NCBI GenBank assembly: GCA_030704615.1
Contig: CM060734.1
Coordinates: forward strand, 37,200,001-37,264,000
Reading direction: 5' to 3'
DNA: 64,000 nucleotides
Source: Takakia lepidozioides
Lineage: Eukaryota > Plantae > Bryophyta
The notes below the pieces were generated by a model, which had not been told where the DNA came from, did not search any database, and saw only the letters and a program-made list of their open reading frames with translations. The position numbers and the translations under genes are program-made. Positions 1-13,100 of this stretch are shown here, one piece after another (the first letter of the stretch is position 1; each line of letters opens with the position of its first letter).

Positions 1-1849
1 GAATATTTCAGCCTAAATCCTAAACCTGTTTCCCTTTTCTCCATTGTGCGGACCTGATCTGAGCCTTCTATGGACTTCTTCTTCCCTGAATTTCTTGCAT
101 CCTTGTGCATATTTCATATATACACTGTACAAGGATTAGCAATGAATTCGCTCCGGCATGGTAAAACATACAATTTAAACTGATCCATCCAAACATAATT
201 ATACGTTTACTATTAGTAATGGCTCCGTCGTGAATCGCTAACATCCAGTTTCAATGTCATTCCTCATTTTGTCAAGCGAGGTATACAGGGATTTCACCAT
301 TTCCACATTGCTGAGGCCTAGAGGGCCGACCTGTGACATACAGACAAGTTCAATATCAGCATATGGATGTCCCGACAAAAAGCCCAGTAGCCTTAAACTC
401 GGGCTTGCAATATTACTTGTTAAAGGTCATCTTGTAAGAGCTTTGTAGCTCGTCCAATCAAACAAAGGCAAGTTTACTGCAGCTAAAGTTTGCTATCCTC
501 ATCGAAGTCGAACCTCACTTGATATAGAAGAAGATTAGCTGGCGACACAAATGTTGTGGTCGAGTAGTGTTAAGCACTTGCCGAGGTCTAGAAAAAAAGT
601 TCTCATGTGTGATGAACTTTCACCACTAAATCAAATGGAGGCGGTGGGTCGAAGAAACACGGAAAAATTCAGACCAGGGAAATTCCCATTTGACATTCCT
701 CTTCTCAAAAGGACTTGTTCGACTGACCCGAGCAGGCAAACAAGATCACAGTTTTCAATGTAACAACAGTTGAAAACATGAAATTGAAGAGTAGAAATGT
801 TTTAACAATAAAGGAAGGATCAATTACTTGGTACCTTTGTGCTCAACTGCTTGGCACAGAGATTAGTTGAGAAGTCATCATAGAGTTCCATTCGCTTATA
901 GAAGATTTGCCACCTCTCTATCAAAGTCTGCACAGCCACTAATCAACTAGGCCTCCAATGTTTTCACGCCCTCCTAATCCTAAAGATCTTGTGCCTTCCT
1001 AAATAATACAAGCAGTTTTTTGATATTAGTGGTAAGGTGTGCACAAACTATTTCCAAAAATCTGAAGTATCTTCTGAGATCTCATCTGTGCTGAAGGACT
1101 ATGAGAACTCACCCGCATTTCCTGAATGTATGATAGCTTTCCTTGCCGGTCAAACTGTCCAAACTTCCTTCCCTAGTGTACAACCCACACATTTGTTAAA
1201 AACTAACCAAAGTACAAGAACTCAAGCTCGATTTTTTCCCTATCATTTTCTTCTTTATTTCATTTCATTATATTCCCTACGTAGTGTTCGCTTAAATAGC
1301 TTAGTATTTTTTTGTGACTCTTGGTCGTAAAGTTCTTGGTCCCCATATACATGAACATGATTGTCTTAATTTCTAGTTTTGATGAAAGTGTAATTTGTCA
1401 AATCCAATCACATTCTCAATCCTGACAAAGTTCTTGCTTCGCAGAGACTAAATGTATGTACAAAGATCGGTTTTTAATGAAAATCTGAAAATACTTTACT
1501 AGTGTCGCACCCACCAGCTTAAGTAGAGATTTGTAATCAGCTTGGAGACGTCCAATTTCTATGGTCACTATGTTGGAGTCAAAGAAGGCTTCTGGTCCTT
1601 CTGCGGGGAAAGATACGCACACGATAGGACATGCCTTCCTTCCTTTTCTACTCTCTCTTTTAGACAACCATGATCCTCCTGGAGAAACCAACAGAAGGAT
1701 TGTAAGCAAGTGTCGAGATTTTGCATTTGTACATGTATCCATGCAATATAATTACATCTTGTTCAACGGAGATCTGGCTCGTATGGACAACACCAACCGC
1801 TCGAGGGATTCTTGAGGAGGTTCACGACATAAATTACCTCTAATTTTTT

Positions 1850-2842
1850 TGTCATGGTTGGTTGATATAAACAAGATTTAAATTAAAGATTGCACTAGCT
1901 AGAGCCTGTGGATCGAGAGCTCTTAAATGTTGTATGGAGGTAGTACTTAAGTAGAACAGAAACAAGGGACTGAGATACTCAATAAATTTCCCGTGATATT
2001 AAAGATGTCAAGTGTGATTCAATTTAAGGTACAACATTTGGACAAATAGAGGAGTCCCAGAGTCTTGCAACTAAGAAATTAATACAAAAGCGGATTAAGC
2101 TCGCCTATAGAACTGAAGATAAAAGAAAATTCCTGACCAGGATCATATTAATATCTATCATGTATCAGGCTGAAGCCATGGTGTCTCTAATCTACTCTAC
2201 AGTGCATCTCTACAACTTGCATGTATCAAGCATCATCTCGTCGTATCTCCTCCTCTGTGTAAACTCCATCCCTGTGCTCCAAGATCGTGCTCTCCGCCGT
2301 GATGCCAGAAACATGTCCAAGCCATGATCTCCCCCGTGACGTCCAAGAAGTGATCATCCCTCCGTCGCTACTCTGCCTATTCTATTTGCAAGCTGTTCTA
2401 ACCGCCTAACTAACTAACTGCCATCCAAGACAGAACGCACATTCCCTCTGCAGATGTCGTTCCCACACAGTCATTCCCTGCCAATGATAACCGTCCCCTG
2501 TGAACGCTGTGACGGGCTATGCCAAGCTGTGTCGGGCTGTGACTGTGTCGAGCTGTGACTGGCTGTGTCAGACTGTGTTAGGCTGTGTCTGACTATGTCG
2601 GGCTGTGTCTGACTGTGGCAGGTTGTGATAGACTGTGATAGACTGTGATAGACTGTGTCGGGCTGTGATAGGCTGTATAAGCCTGTGACTGACTGTGTGA
2701 ACCTGTCTGCCACCCCTAAGGTCTGTGTCTGTCACCCCTAAGGCCTATGTTGGTCTAAGTCTACCATCCGTAAGTCTGCGCAAAATTAAGGGTACCCCAC
2801 AGAACCCGAAAAACTGTCTAAGTCCCAGACAGCCCTCTAACA
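1850..2842 (-). mobile_element. 3' LTR of a conventional Ty3/Gypsy-type element (left boundary approximate)
   Basis: The minus strand reads ...GAGGACACGGCTTTTT-GAGAGGGGGAGGGA (PPT, 2859-2846)-TAA-TGTTAGAGGG, so the LTR starts with TG at 2842. TGTCA at 1850 is only a candidate far end. No partner LTR is in the window. Confidence 0.6.
2505..2700. repeat. Degenerate ~10-bp tandem array (GACTGTGTCG/GGCTGTGATA-like) inside the LTR
   Basis: Directly visible periodic repeats. Confidence 0.85.
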
Positions 2843-3066
2843 TTATCCCTCCCCCTCTCAAAAAGCCGTGTCCTCACGGTTTACTGCTTAGGATCAGCAA
2901 ACCTTTGTGAACGAACACCCTTCTGCCGGTGAGAGTCCCTCGGAGGGCTCTGTGTATGAGCCCGAGCCATGTCGCTGGCTGGTGGGGATGACTGTCGACT
3001 AGATGGATCTGACTGCCTTGCCTTAGGCTGATATGGAGGTAATTTTTCAGGCATAGGAGATCCCCG

Positions 3067-3963
3067 TCATTTCTTCTCCGCCATTTGTATCGCATAATCC
3101 TCAGCCATGTCAAAATTCCCGTCCACAGAACCAGTAGTATCCGAATCATCTTCCCCCCGTTGGCCGTACTGTTTCCTGACCTTCGGTGGCTTCTTAGGAA
3201 TCCTAACTGGCATACAATGTATGCACACCATGTCTGGAAGCTTATATTGTAAAACTTGTGTCAACCTCTTTCGGGCAAGATTAGTATATGCCCGTAGCTC
3301 ATCATCTGTATAGCTGAGTGGTGTGCCAATGACTTTGGAGAAGTGTAGCCACTTCCTGGCTTCATGCCCCTTGGAAAAAATGTGGTCAAGACCCAAGTTC
3401 TCATTGGCCAAGTTCTCCAGAGCAAAAGTAAACCAAGAACGGAGTTGGGGATCCTTCTGAAGCAGGATCCTTACATCATACAGATATGTGTGTGGTGGAA
3501 TTGGAGGTAACGTCCAATGCTCCCCACTGGAATAAGTCTGAAACCTCATCTGCATCTTCTGCTGCTCAATGTGGTAGCGTGAAATAAAACAAGCAGCATA
3601 ATACAGCCCACAATCCATGACCAAAATAGGTACTTCCTTGGTTTTGGTGTAGATGAATCCATGAACAATCTGGAAGGCAATTAATTCCTTCAGCATGGTT
3701 CCTGCCTCAGACCAGTACCGTGCAAAATGGTGATCTTCAATGGGTCGGTCAATTGGGAGAACTTTAGTCCGAGTTGCCACTGGCAACCAAATGCGCATAA
3801 TATGGTAATAGAGTGCCAAAGACTCTGGAGGACTGAATTCTTTCCAAGCCAAATCCATAACGATGGGAATTTGGTTGAAGGGTAGAATCATAGCCCGATT
3901 ATATTCAAGTGCAGCAGGAGTGGTAGGTGGGTTAAAAGAAGCATCACCCCAAACCTCAGACAA
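3067..3963 (-). CDS. Uninterrupted 298-aa ORF of unknown function; probable 3' accessory ORF of the LTR element
   Basis: Intronless ORF about 200 bp upstream of the PPT and in the same orientation. No recognised domain. Confidence 0.45.
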   Translation of the reverse strand: MSEVWGDASFNPPTTPAALEYNRAMILPFNQIPIVMDLAWKEFSPPESLALYYHIMRIWLPVATRTKVLPIDRPIEDHHFARYWSEAGTMLKELIAFQIVHGFIYTKTKEVPILVMDCGLYYAACFISRYHIEQQKMQMRFQTYSSGEHWTLPPIPPHTYLYDVRILLQKDPQLRSWFTFALENLANENLGLDHIFSKGHEARKWLHFSKVIGTPLSYTDDELRAYTNLARKRLTQVLQYKLPDMVCIHCMPVRIPKKPPKVRKQYGQRGEDDSDTTGSVDGNFDMAEDYAIQMAEKK

Positions 3964-4055
3964 TGATTGTTGCAGTGCCCCATGGTATCAACACTGTCGA
4001 CCTGGTGTGGCTGCTATGATGTTGTTGTCACAGTCCCTCCTGATGTTGGCAAGTC

Positions 4056-4650
4056 CTACACTTCCTGTGCTGAAGATTGGAAAATCAACGTCATTCTCTG
4101 CAAATAAGTAGCCATGAGCTGTTCCTCAGGAACAAAGGTTCTTTTCTCAATGTTGAAGCTCAAGTCATCTACTTGAGTCTGAAGCCCTTCCACATCCTCT
4201 TGCAACTCAGCTATTCGACTATAGACATTGTCTATAATGGTTGTGGCAATGTTCTGCACCCGTAACCTGAGATCATTCATATCGTCTTGGGTGAGCTTCC
4301 TTGGTTTTTTCCCCTCCACTGACCCTTGTGTTAACCATTCTTGCAAAAGATGATTATCCACCAAGTCTTGTGTAACACCACAGAGATCCTGCTCCTCCTT
4401 GAGCCTGTATGTTTCCAACTGCTGTTGTAAAGTCTCCATGCGCTTCGCATGAGGCTCAGCCAGAGCTGCATAGGCAGCTGACAGATTATTGGCTTCTTTC
4501 CAGGCCCTTTCACTCACAGAAAGTTCATTCTCCCGTACTGTGATTGTTTGTTGCAACTCAAAGATGTACCGGTCTTTCTGGGCATCGACCTGGTGCAACT
4601 GCTGAATGGTATCCTCATTGCGACAGAGAGTATCCTTCATGTCAGCAATG
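4056..4650 (-). CDS. 5'-truncated coiled-coil ORF, probably retroelement-encoded
   Basis: Heptad-like Q/E/L-rich translation, colinear with the 3067-3963 ORF. Its apparent N-terminus comes from a PDF-exon fragment. Confidence 0.4.
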
Positions 4651-4659
4651 AGTTTCCTC

Positions 4660-4930
4660 TCATGATGACTTGCGTCTGCTTCCAACAGGCATTTACCCTC
4701 GATTGTTCCACCATTGACTGGGGCGGAAACGTATTCATTCCAGAGCTTCTCCTCGTCTCTATTATCTGTTTTCCGATACTTTCCTGTTGCCACATTGGTA
4801 GTGACATGTCAAAATCACTCCAAAACCACCATAGATCCACCAACGAGCTAACTTGCAGAATTCGACATGAAAATTTAGGGACGACTTTGATAACAGGAAA
4901 AAAAATAGGGTGAAATGTATTGAAGAACAC
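4660..4930 (-). pseudogene. Fragment of the PDF-motif exon and flanking introns of the PPR gene family
   Basis: Matches 29850-30080 and 30390-30540 (GKYRKTDNRDEEKLWNEY, then frameshifted into the QWW-NR segment), including intron sequence. Confidence 0.8.
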
Positions 4931-5099
4931 AACAAGCATTCGTGTCTTTTCCGAATCGATTGCATGTCCGAAACCACTGAGGGAACAACTTCGAGATGAC
5001 GGTTACTACTGCACAGTCGTAACGGACAATTTCGGCCCACCGGGGCATTTCTACTAGCGGATAGAAATTGCGTCAATGACTCCGTAGTCGGCGCAATCT

Positions 5100-8000
5100 A
5101 CCCTGGAACAAGGGGTGGCAGCAGACAAATGGTCCTTGACCAATGCAAAAACACCTAGGAACCACTTGGCAAGCAGTGCCAAAATTTGGGCTTGAGGATC
5201 TATAACGCCCAGCCCTCCATGTTTCTTTTTGGACAAAGCTGATTACAGCTTACCAAAGCTCTTTTGTTGGGGGCTGCAGTAGTTGCACCCCATTGAAGTT
5301 GCGCATAAGCTTTTTAATATACTTAATATAAAGAGCTGAGCCAGGGGACCACACAGAAGCCATAAACCAAGTAGAGGCAACCTAAGCCGTGATATAAGAG
5401 CTCTGTCCGCAACGGATATGTGAATGGAGCTCCAGTAGGCAAGTTTTCTTTTGAGTTTAGCAATGACAGGGCTGGCCAAAACTGACACCGTCATCTAGAT
5501 CATGACCCACTTGATGGCCGAGAAGGAGGTGGCTTTGTCCATCTTGAAGCCATCTTAACCCGAGATCAGAACCCCAAGAGGCACAATGAGAAACTGAGGT
5601 CGAATCAAAGAGGCGACTCAGTCGAAGACCAACACACTTCCCCCATTTAACTTTCAGACCAGACGCAAAGTAGAAGGAATTGAGAGCATTAAGAACAGAA
5701 TTGACATTTGCAGCAGAGTTGTTGTCAATGAATAAGGAAGTATCATCAGCATAAAGTGAGGCAGCTTTAATGGAGGAACGAGACGAGGTAGGAGAAGAAG
5801 GTTGGTGAGGGAGGAGGAGGCCACAGGAATCCTGTCTTTTGTCCATTAAATGACCGAGACCATCAGCAGTTGCTATAAGAAAAAGAAAATGTACTGCAAA
5901 AGGGCATCCTTGTCTCACCGATTTGAAGAGAATCTAAAAGGACTTAGAGATAACGCCATTAACAGAAACTTTACTAGAAGCCGATCAGGAGAGAAGGATT
6001 CGAATCCACTTGAGGAAATTGCCAGTGATACATGTAGCTTTGAGTGCCCCCGGAAGGACCTGGTATTGCCAATTTATATTGTCAAGGCTTTTTCGAAGTC
6101 AAGCATGAGGATCGCCAGAGGTTGATTCGAGAACTCAGCATAGTGCAATGCTTCATTGACAAGGAGGATTTTATCAAGAATCGTTCTCTTGTTCAAGAAC
6201 CCAGTCTGCCCAGGCCGAATGAACTTGGCCAAGAGCGGTTGAAGACGAATTGCAAGAGCCTTTGCAATTATCTTGAACGAGGAATTGACGAGAGTAATTG
6301 GTCTGTAATTAGACAGATTTCCAGCTCGATCACCTTTCTTAAAGATAAGGGTAATGACTCCCTGAGAGAATTGTGAGGGCATAATGCCCTTATGAAGAAT
6401 GTCATTAGCCATAGCAAGGAAATCGTCACCCATAACTGGCCATGCACACATGTTTGAAGAACTCAATTGGAAGACCATCCAATCCAAGAGTTTTGAGAGG
6501 ATTAAGTGCTTCCACAGCTTCCAAAAGCTCCAATGCAGAGAATGGACCAAATAAAAGATCTTGGTCTCTTGGCGAGAGCAAAGGAGGGATAGTTGCGATG
6601 GCTTCCTCTGTGGAAGCTAAAACAGAAGTGTCTTCCACCTGTCTCGAAAAAAGGTTCCTGAAGTGAAGCCATCTCCTTAGGGCTGGAAACCAAAACGCCG
6701 GAACTATTAGTGAGAGAACTGATCAAAGCAGCATTACGATGCTGTTTGGCCTTCTAAAAGACTTAACCGGTCATCTTTTCACCCTTGAGTGACCAATTAA
6801 CTCCTGCCTTGATCCTCATCACGTTCTCCTTTTCCTTGGAAAGGACAGCCAGATTTCGTTTGGCAGTGAGATACGAGTCCATGGTTTGTGGGCCCTGAGC
6901 ACCAATTTCAAGCCTTGATTGACACTGCTTAAGACAATTAATGAGGGCTTTCAGCTCTCTTTGAGATCTAGCAAGAGTGAAAGACCGTGAAAGAGATTAT
7001 GCGAGCAGCCTGATCTCAGTGACCTTGTGAAGGAAGAAGATTGTCGGTGAGGCGAATTCAGAGCCTGAAGATTGCCAGCAGTCTTTCAACTGCTGCACTA
7101 TCTCGGGCTTACTTAGAATCGAAGGATTTAGTTTGAAATAACTACGTCCTTTTTTATGATGGCCAGGAGGAAGGAAGGTCACTGCTACTGAAGCATGATC
7201 GAAATGGGAGGATCGGGCCTTGAGGCAAACATTTTGACCAAGCAAGGGGGGCTTATGAACCATAAATCCTGTCAAGTCGAGCCATACTAAGATCAAGGGG
7301 TTGTCTCAGATTGGACCAAGTAAAGTTAACCCCCGAGGACTCCCGAAAAGTATCAGCTAAACCCACCGAGAAGCAAAGCATGTCCAGGCATATTGCTCAG
7401 CATCAGAAAGACGATAAGAGGAGGAGTCGGAACGGTCAGCGAAATTGTCTACCATATTGAAGCCACCAGCAATGACCCAGTTCTGCACAAGCGGGAGATC
7501 AAAGATCTTAATGAGGTCCCAAAGGGCAGCACGCTCAATAGAAAGATTAGGTGCGTAGACATTAATGAAGGCAGACATTGTGAAAGAAGAGGAAGCAATG
7601 GTGATTGCACATTGAACACGACCTTGAACCCAGATTTGAACTTCCTGAATAGGAGAAGAGAGAGATGGAGAGGCTAAAATGGCCGTTCCCCCTCTAGAGC
7701 TAGCAATTGTGGGATTCCACCATGCTACATGCGCCGGCCAGAAGGAGCTGCCTATGGACTGAATTTTGGCATCATCTAACGATGTCTCTTGTAAAAAGAT
7801 TAGATAATCAGAGGTCTGCAGAGAAGATGCCCAAGTCCTAATGCGTCGACGTTTGGGCATTGAAGCATGGAGCCAATGCCCCTAATATTCTGGGAGTGAA
7901 GAGACCAACTCATGTTGGAAGTAACAGACAGCCCGTGGAAAACACACGATTTGATGGTTGTGTCGGTAGGACCATGTTGAAAAGCGTATGAGAGTCGAAA

Positions 8001-8290
8001 GGAGGAGGAGTGTGGAGCCAACCGATTCCTTACGGAGGAAGAAGGACGTAGATATCATGGACGTCGAAGCAAATCAACAGAGAACCGATATGAGCTCTTG
8101 GACCAACCTTTATTTGGAATTGGCGGTTTTTCCTTTTTTGGAAGGAAATAGAAGTCGGGGGGATTGGGGAGCCCATGAAACAAGAGAGAGTAGCAATAGC
8201 TGAAGAAGTAAGCAGTCCGTTAGGAACGGTCAAGGCAGGAAGAGTCTTGGATGGATAGCTATCCACACAGAGGGTTAGGTTGGACTAGGA
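5100..8290 (-). mobile_element. Degenerate L1/Tx1-like LINE (APE endonuclease + RT)
   Basis: Motifs in order: SQNIRGIG, IFLQET, NVYAPN, GGFN, FDHASV, FKLNPSIL, GLDGLPIEFF, NYRPITLVNSSFKIIAK, LDFEKA, RQGCP, LYADD. Many frameshifts and stops. Confidence 0.92.
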
Positions 8291-8378
8291 TATAGGGTCT
8301 GGCCGGGTATCAACCATGGTATTGAATAACCGACCCGGCTGGTATTGGCTATTGTAATAGCTTCTCATTGAACAATAT

Positions 8379-8942
8379 TAGGGTCTTGAATGCCCGCGCA
8401 TGTGGCTGCGGCGGGGCGTGCATATGGCAGAGGGGGTCACGGAGGGTGGGAGCGCCCCTACCCGGACCCCGCCAGTCTGCTGCTGGGTGGGCCCGGCAAG
8501 CTAGTCTGCCGGGGCCCACAATATACACATAAAGCATTAGTTATTGCAAGGGTTTGTAGAAAGTGTTGGGTAGTGTGGTGGTTAAGAGCAATGAACAATA
8601 AATATGTGATTTGGTGTTCAAATCCTGTCAAGTTGTATGTGGTTGTAATGTATGTTATTAAATATATATTTTGTCGAAGGGTCTGCTAGTCCGCTCGTCG
8701 GTCTACTGGAGGGTCTGTTGGAGGAGGGCCTGCCCAGTCGGCTCGTCAGTCTGCTGGAGGGTCTGCCTGTCCGCTAGAAGGTTGGAGTCGGTGTGTTGGA
8801 GGGTCTGCCCAGTCCGCTAGAAGGTCCGCCGCGGTAGATGAACAAGGACTTAGAAAAATTTCGGAATCTGGCCGACCCGGTGAATGGGCGGTACCGCCCA
8901 TGGGCCGTACTGGCGGGGCCCATAGGTGCATTCAAGACGTTA
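8379..8942. mobile_element. MITE-like non-autonomous DNA element
   Basis: Imperfect TIRs TAGGGTCTTGAATGC / GCATTCAAGACGTTA. Internal short repeats at 8680-8830 and an 18-bp perfect palindrome ATGGGCGGTACCGCCCAT at 8884-8901. TSD not clear. Confidence 0.6.
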
Positions 8943-10179
8943 ATATTAAAAAATGAGAGGCATTATAATACTATGGTTAATAACCGAACCGGCTGATATT
9001 GGCAATTCCAATACTATGGTTGATAACCGGACCGGCTGGTATTGCCAAAGCAATACCCGTCCAATACCCGTATTATGGGCAAAAACAAGGATTATAACAT
9101 GGTATGGATAGGAAATTGGGCAGGTGCACATGATGCCAGGGGTGAGGGGTAAGAGGGTGCACATGTCATGTCCAGCCGGGCTATAAAACTAAAATCAATA
9201 ACTCTGCAACCAGGCTGTTGAGTTTGCATGTGGACAAGTGCTTCGGTGGAAAATAAGGTGATACCTGCTGCTGCAGAGACACTAGAAGAGAAACCGGCTT
9301 TTTCCACGGCTCTGCCATCTCACACCTGGCACATTCCACGGCTTTTATCACGGGTCTGTAGACTGAGCCAAGGTGTGGGTCTAAATATGCACTAACTGTG
9401 GGGTGTCTCACATGTGGTCCACACCCCAGGCAAGAACGGTGTGAAAACAGCCATGACCGTGGCAGGGGTTGGCTTAGTTTACATGGCATGTTACACACCT
9501 GTGTGAAATGGGACCATACAATTATTTCCACTGATTGTGGTGTATGGGTTTAGTTAGTACTCCGCTGCAAATGGAATAAATCATGAACTTCAGAAATCTG
9601 CCCTCGGAAAGACGAAGAGGTGGTCGTCACACTTTGCAATGTAAACCGAATGCAATGCAAGCTTAACAGTCTTCATATTATGATTGAAGGGAGTCAAATT
9701 AAGTGTGACCATATCAGTGCAGGGACATAAATATGAATCATTCAACATTGTAAAATGAAAACAGGGTAGAGCTAGTACATGGTACCTTTAAAACTTGTTG
9801 CAGAGTGCAAAAGGTTTAAAGATCAAAGTGCAAAAGGTTTAATTTTTTTTGCAAAAGTTGCTTGTAGGGTTTGCAAAAGGTTAATTTTTTTAAAAAGTTG
9901 CCCATCCCGGTAGCTGTGAACAGAGGGTTGGGACTTAGAGTAGCGAGCGGGAGGGAGGGCAAACATGGGAGGCCCGCAGTTGGAGCAACCTTCGCATCTG
10001 AATAGCAAGCAACCCGACAAACGCTAGGGTATGTGTGCGAGGACTAGGTGTCGGCTGAGAGCTCGCCGTTCTGGGGAGAGTCAGCTTGGTCTTAGGTCGA
10101 GGACAATGTGGTGAGGGCACCTTCTTCTTCGACCTATTTCAGCCTGTTTTGCGCTCTCATCAACCTCAGCCTTAAATTT

Positions 10180-13100
10180 GTAGCACGGAGCAGAGCTGGC
10201 ATGAGTTTTTAAAGATCCTTCACGATGGTGGAACAACCGCAATCGCAAGGTGTGGCTTTTTCTTAATGTACAATGTGAAGAAGTTTGTCCATCCTGCAAA
10301 TGTCCTGTTAGTACCGTGCTTTGGTATCCTTCCTGATGTTTACAAGGTTCTTGGCAGAGTCAGCTTGGTCTTAGCAGGCCGTGCTTCAATTTCTACCCGT
10401 TCAGCTGCACCGTGGTGGTTCTCATAGACCAATCAGACATTACCTGACTACAAACACAAGCAGCACACACAAGAGGTTCTCTTAGGTTCATGGTCAGTCA
10501 AATCCTCCATGGGTCATGACACAAGGTCGAGGACAATGTGGTGAGGGCACCTTCTTCTTTGACCTATTTCAGCCTGTTTTTCCCTCCCATCAGACTCGGT
10601 TGATAGAACTAGGCAGCGGTAACGGAGGTACCTGCTTCAATACATTTCAGCCTGTTTTCCTTGTTATCAGAGTTGTCCCTAATTTTCATGTTGAATTCTG
10701 CAAGTTAGCTCTTGGTGGATCTATGGTATTGGGGGTTTTGAAGTGATTTGACATGTTACTGCCTATGTGGCAACATGAAAGTATTGAAAACAGATAACAA
10801 AAACTAAGAGAAGCTCTGGAATGAAGGAGCAGGGATAGAGTGTGGGTTGAGATTCATCGAAGCGGGCCGGATTTCAAGCTCCAGATCACCTATGATTCCA
10901 TGTGGAAGGATAGCTACAAGAAACCTGCATGGGTAGATGGTCAATTGGAAGCCGCGGCAGCAACGGCACAAATGATCAAATCAGGCACCTCAACCATGAC
11001 CACAACTTCTGGAAGAGGATCAAGAGAGGGAGTCCACAGTGCCTGTTCTGGCACTTCTGGGCATGTCAAGATGCTTTGTGAGGTAGGCAGACTGAATGAG
11101 GCTCTACAGACTTTAAACCAATGAGGAATTTCAGCAGATTTAGATAAGTATGTCTGTCTCTTGCTTAAGTGCATCAAGAGGAAAGGTTTGGAAGCTGGAA
11201 AGCATGTGCACACTCACATTATGATCCAAAGTGGACTCACGCCAACTGTTTTTCTCCTCAACTCCCTTGTCAACCTGTATGTTAAGTGCGGGAGCATCAT
11301 GAATGCTCACCAAGTTTTCAACAGAATGCCTCAACGATCTTTGATCTCATGGAATACAATGCTGGAAGGATTTACCACGCGTGGGTGTTTGTGTTTGCAA
11401 AAGCGTGTGCAAGCCTGGGACCTCTGGAAAATGGGGGAAAGGGGGCACCTTCTTCAATAGCACAGCGGCTACAAGTGGGTAGATGGTCAATTGGAAACAG
11501 CGGCAACAGCACATTGATAGAACAAGGCACTAGCTAGGATCAATAGCTACAAGAAACTTGCATGGGTAGATGGTCAACTAAAGGCAACAGCTGCAATGTC
11601 ACAGTTGATAAAATCAAGCACCTCAACCAAGACCACAGCTTCTGGAAGAGGATCAAGAGAGGGAGTCCACAAGCCTCTTCTGGCACTTCTGGGCATGTGA
11701 AGATGCCTTGTGAGGCACGCAGACTGAAAGAGGCTCTACAGACTTTAATTTAAACCAAAGAGGCATTTCAGCAGATTCAGAAACGCATGTCTGTCTCTTG
11801 CATAAGTGCATCAAGGTGAAAGGCCTGGAAGTTGGAAAGCAGGTGCACACTCACATTATCCAAAGTGGATTCACGCCAAATGTTTTTCTCCTCCACACCC
11901 TTGTCAACATGTATGTTAAGTGCGGGAGTATCATGGATGCTCACCAAGTGTTCAACAGAATGCCTCAACGATCTTTGGTCACGTGGAATATCATGTTGGT
12001 AGGATTTACCAAGCATGGGTGTGGTAGGAATGCTTTGGAGACCTATGAGCAAATGATGGGGGAAGCGATTTAGCCCAACCACATCACGTTTGTAGCGTTT
12101 GCAGTGCGTGTGCAAGCCTGGCAGCCCTGGAAAAGGGCAAAGAGGTGCATGGCGACATCGTGAGAGCTGGAATTGTACCAGATGTGATCCTGAATACTGC
12201 CCTGGTGGACATGTATGCCAAATGTGGGTGCATCGAGGATGCAAAGGGAGTGTTCGACAATATGGCTGAACAAAATGTGGTGTCGTGGAGTGCGATGCTC
12301 GCAGGATATGCACAGTAGGGGTGCGGGATGGAGGCTTTGGAGACCTATGAGCAAATGATGGGGGAAGGGGTGAAGCCCAACCACATCACGTTTGTGTGCG
12401 TTTGCAGTGCGTGTGCAAGCCTGACAGCCTTGCAAAAGGGCATAGAGGTGCATGGCGACATCGTCAGAGCTAGAATCGTACCAGATGTGATCCTGAACAA
12501 TACCCTGGTGGACATGTATGCCAAATGTGGGAGCATCGAGCATGCAAAGGGAATGTTCGACAATATGGCTGAACGAGATGTGGTGTTGTGGAGTGCGATG
12601 CTCGCAGGATATGCACAGTAGGGGTGCGGGATGGAGGCTTTGGAGACCTATGAGCAAATGATGGGGGAAGGGGTGAAGCCCAACCACATCACGTTTGTGT
12701 GCGTTTGCAGTGCGTGTGCAAGCCTGACAGCGTTGCAAAAGGGCATAGAGGTGCATGGCGACATCGTCAGAGCTAGAATCGTACCAGATGTGATCCTGAA
12801 CAATACCCTGGTGGACATGTATGCCAAATGTGGGGGCATCGAGCATGCAAAGGGAGTGTTCGACAATATGGCTGAACGAGATGTGGTGTTGTGGAGTGCG
12901 ATGATTGCAGGATATGCACAGCAAGGGCGCGAGATAGAGGTTTTGGAGACCTATGAGCAAATGATCTGCGAAGGGGTGAAGCCCAACCATGTCACATTTG
13001 TGTGCGTTTGCAAGCCTGGCAGCCCTAGAAAAGGGCAAAGAGGTCCATGGTGACATTGTCAAAGCTGGAATTGTACCCAATGTCATTCTGAACTCTGCCC

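Noticed and set aside
2505-2700. CRISPR-like array
   Set aside because: Eukaryotic context, and the repeats are degenerate tandem units without unique spacers.
4056-4793. 245-aa ORF as a genuine PDF/coiled-coil fusion gene
   Set aside because: The N-terminus is a frameshifted PDF exon plus intron sequence, joined by rearrangement to a truncated retroelement ORF.
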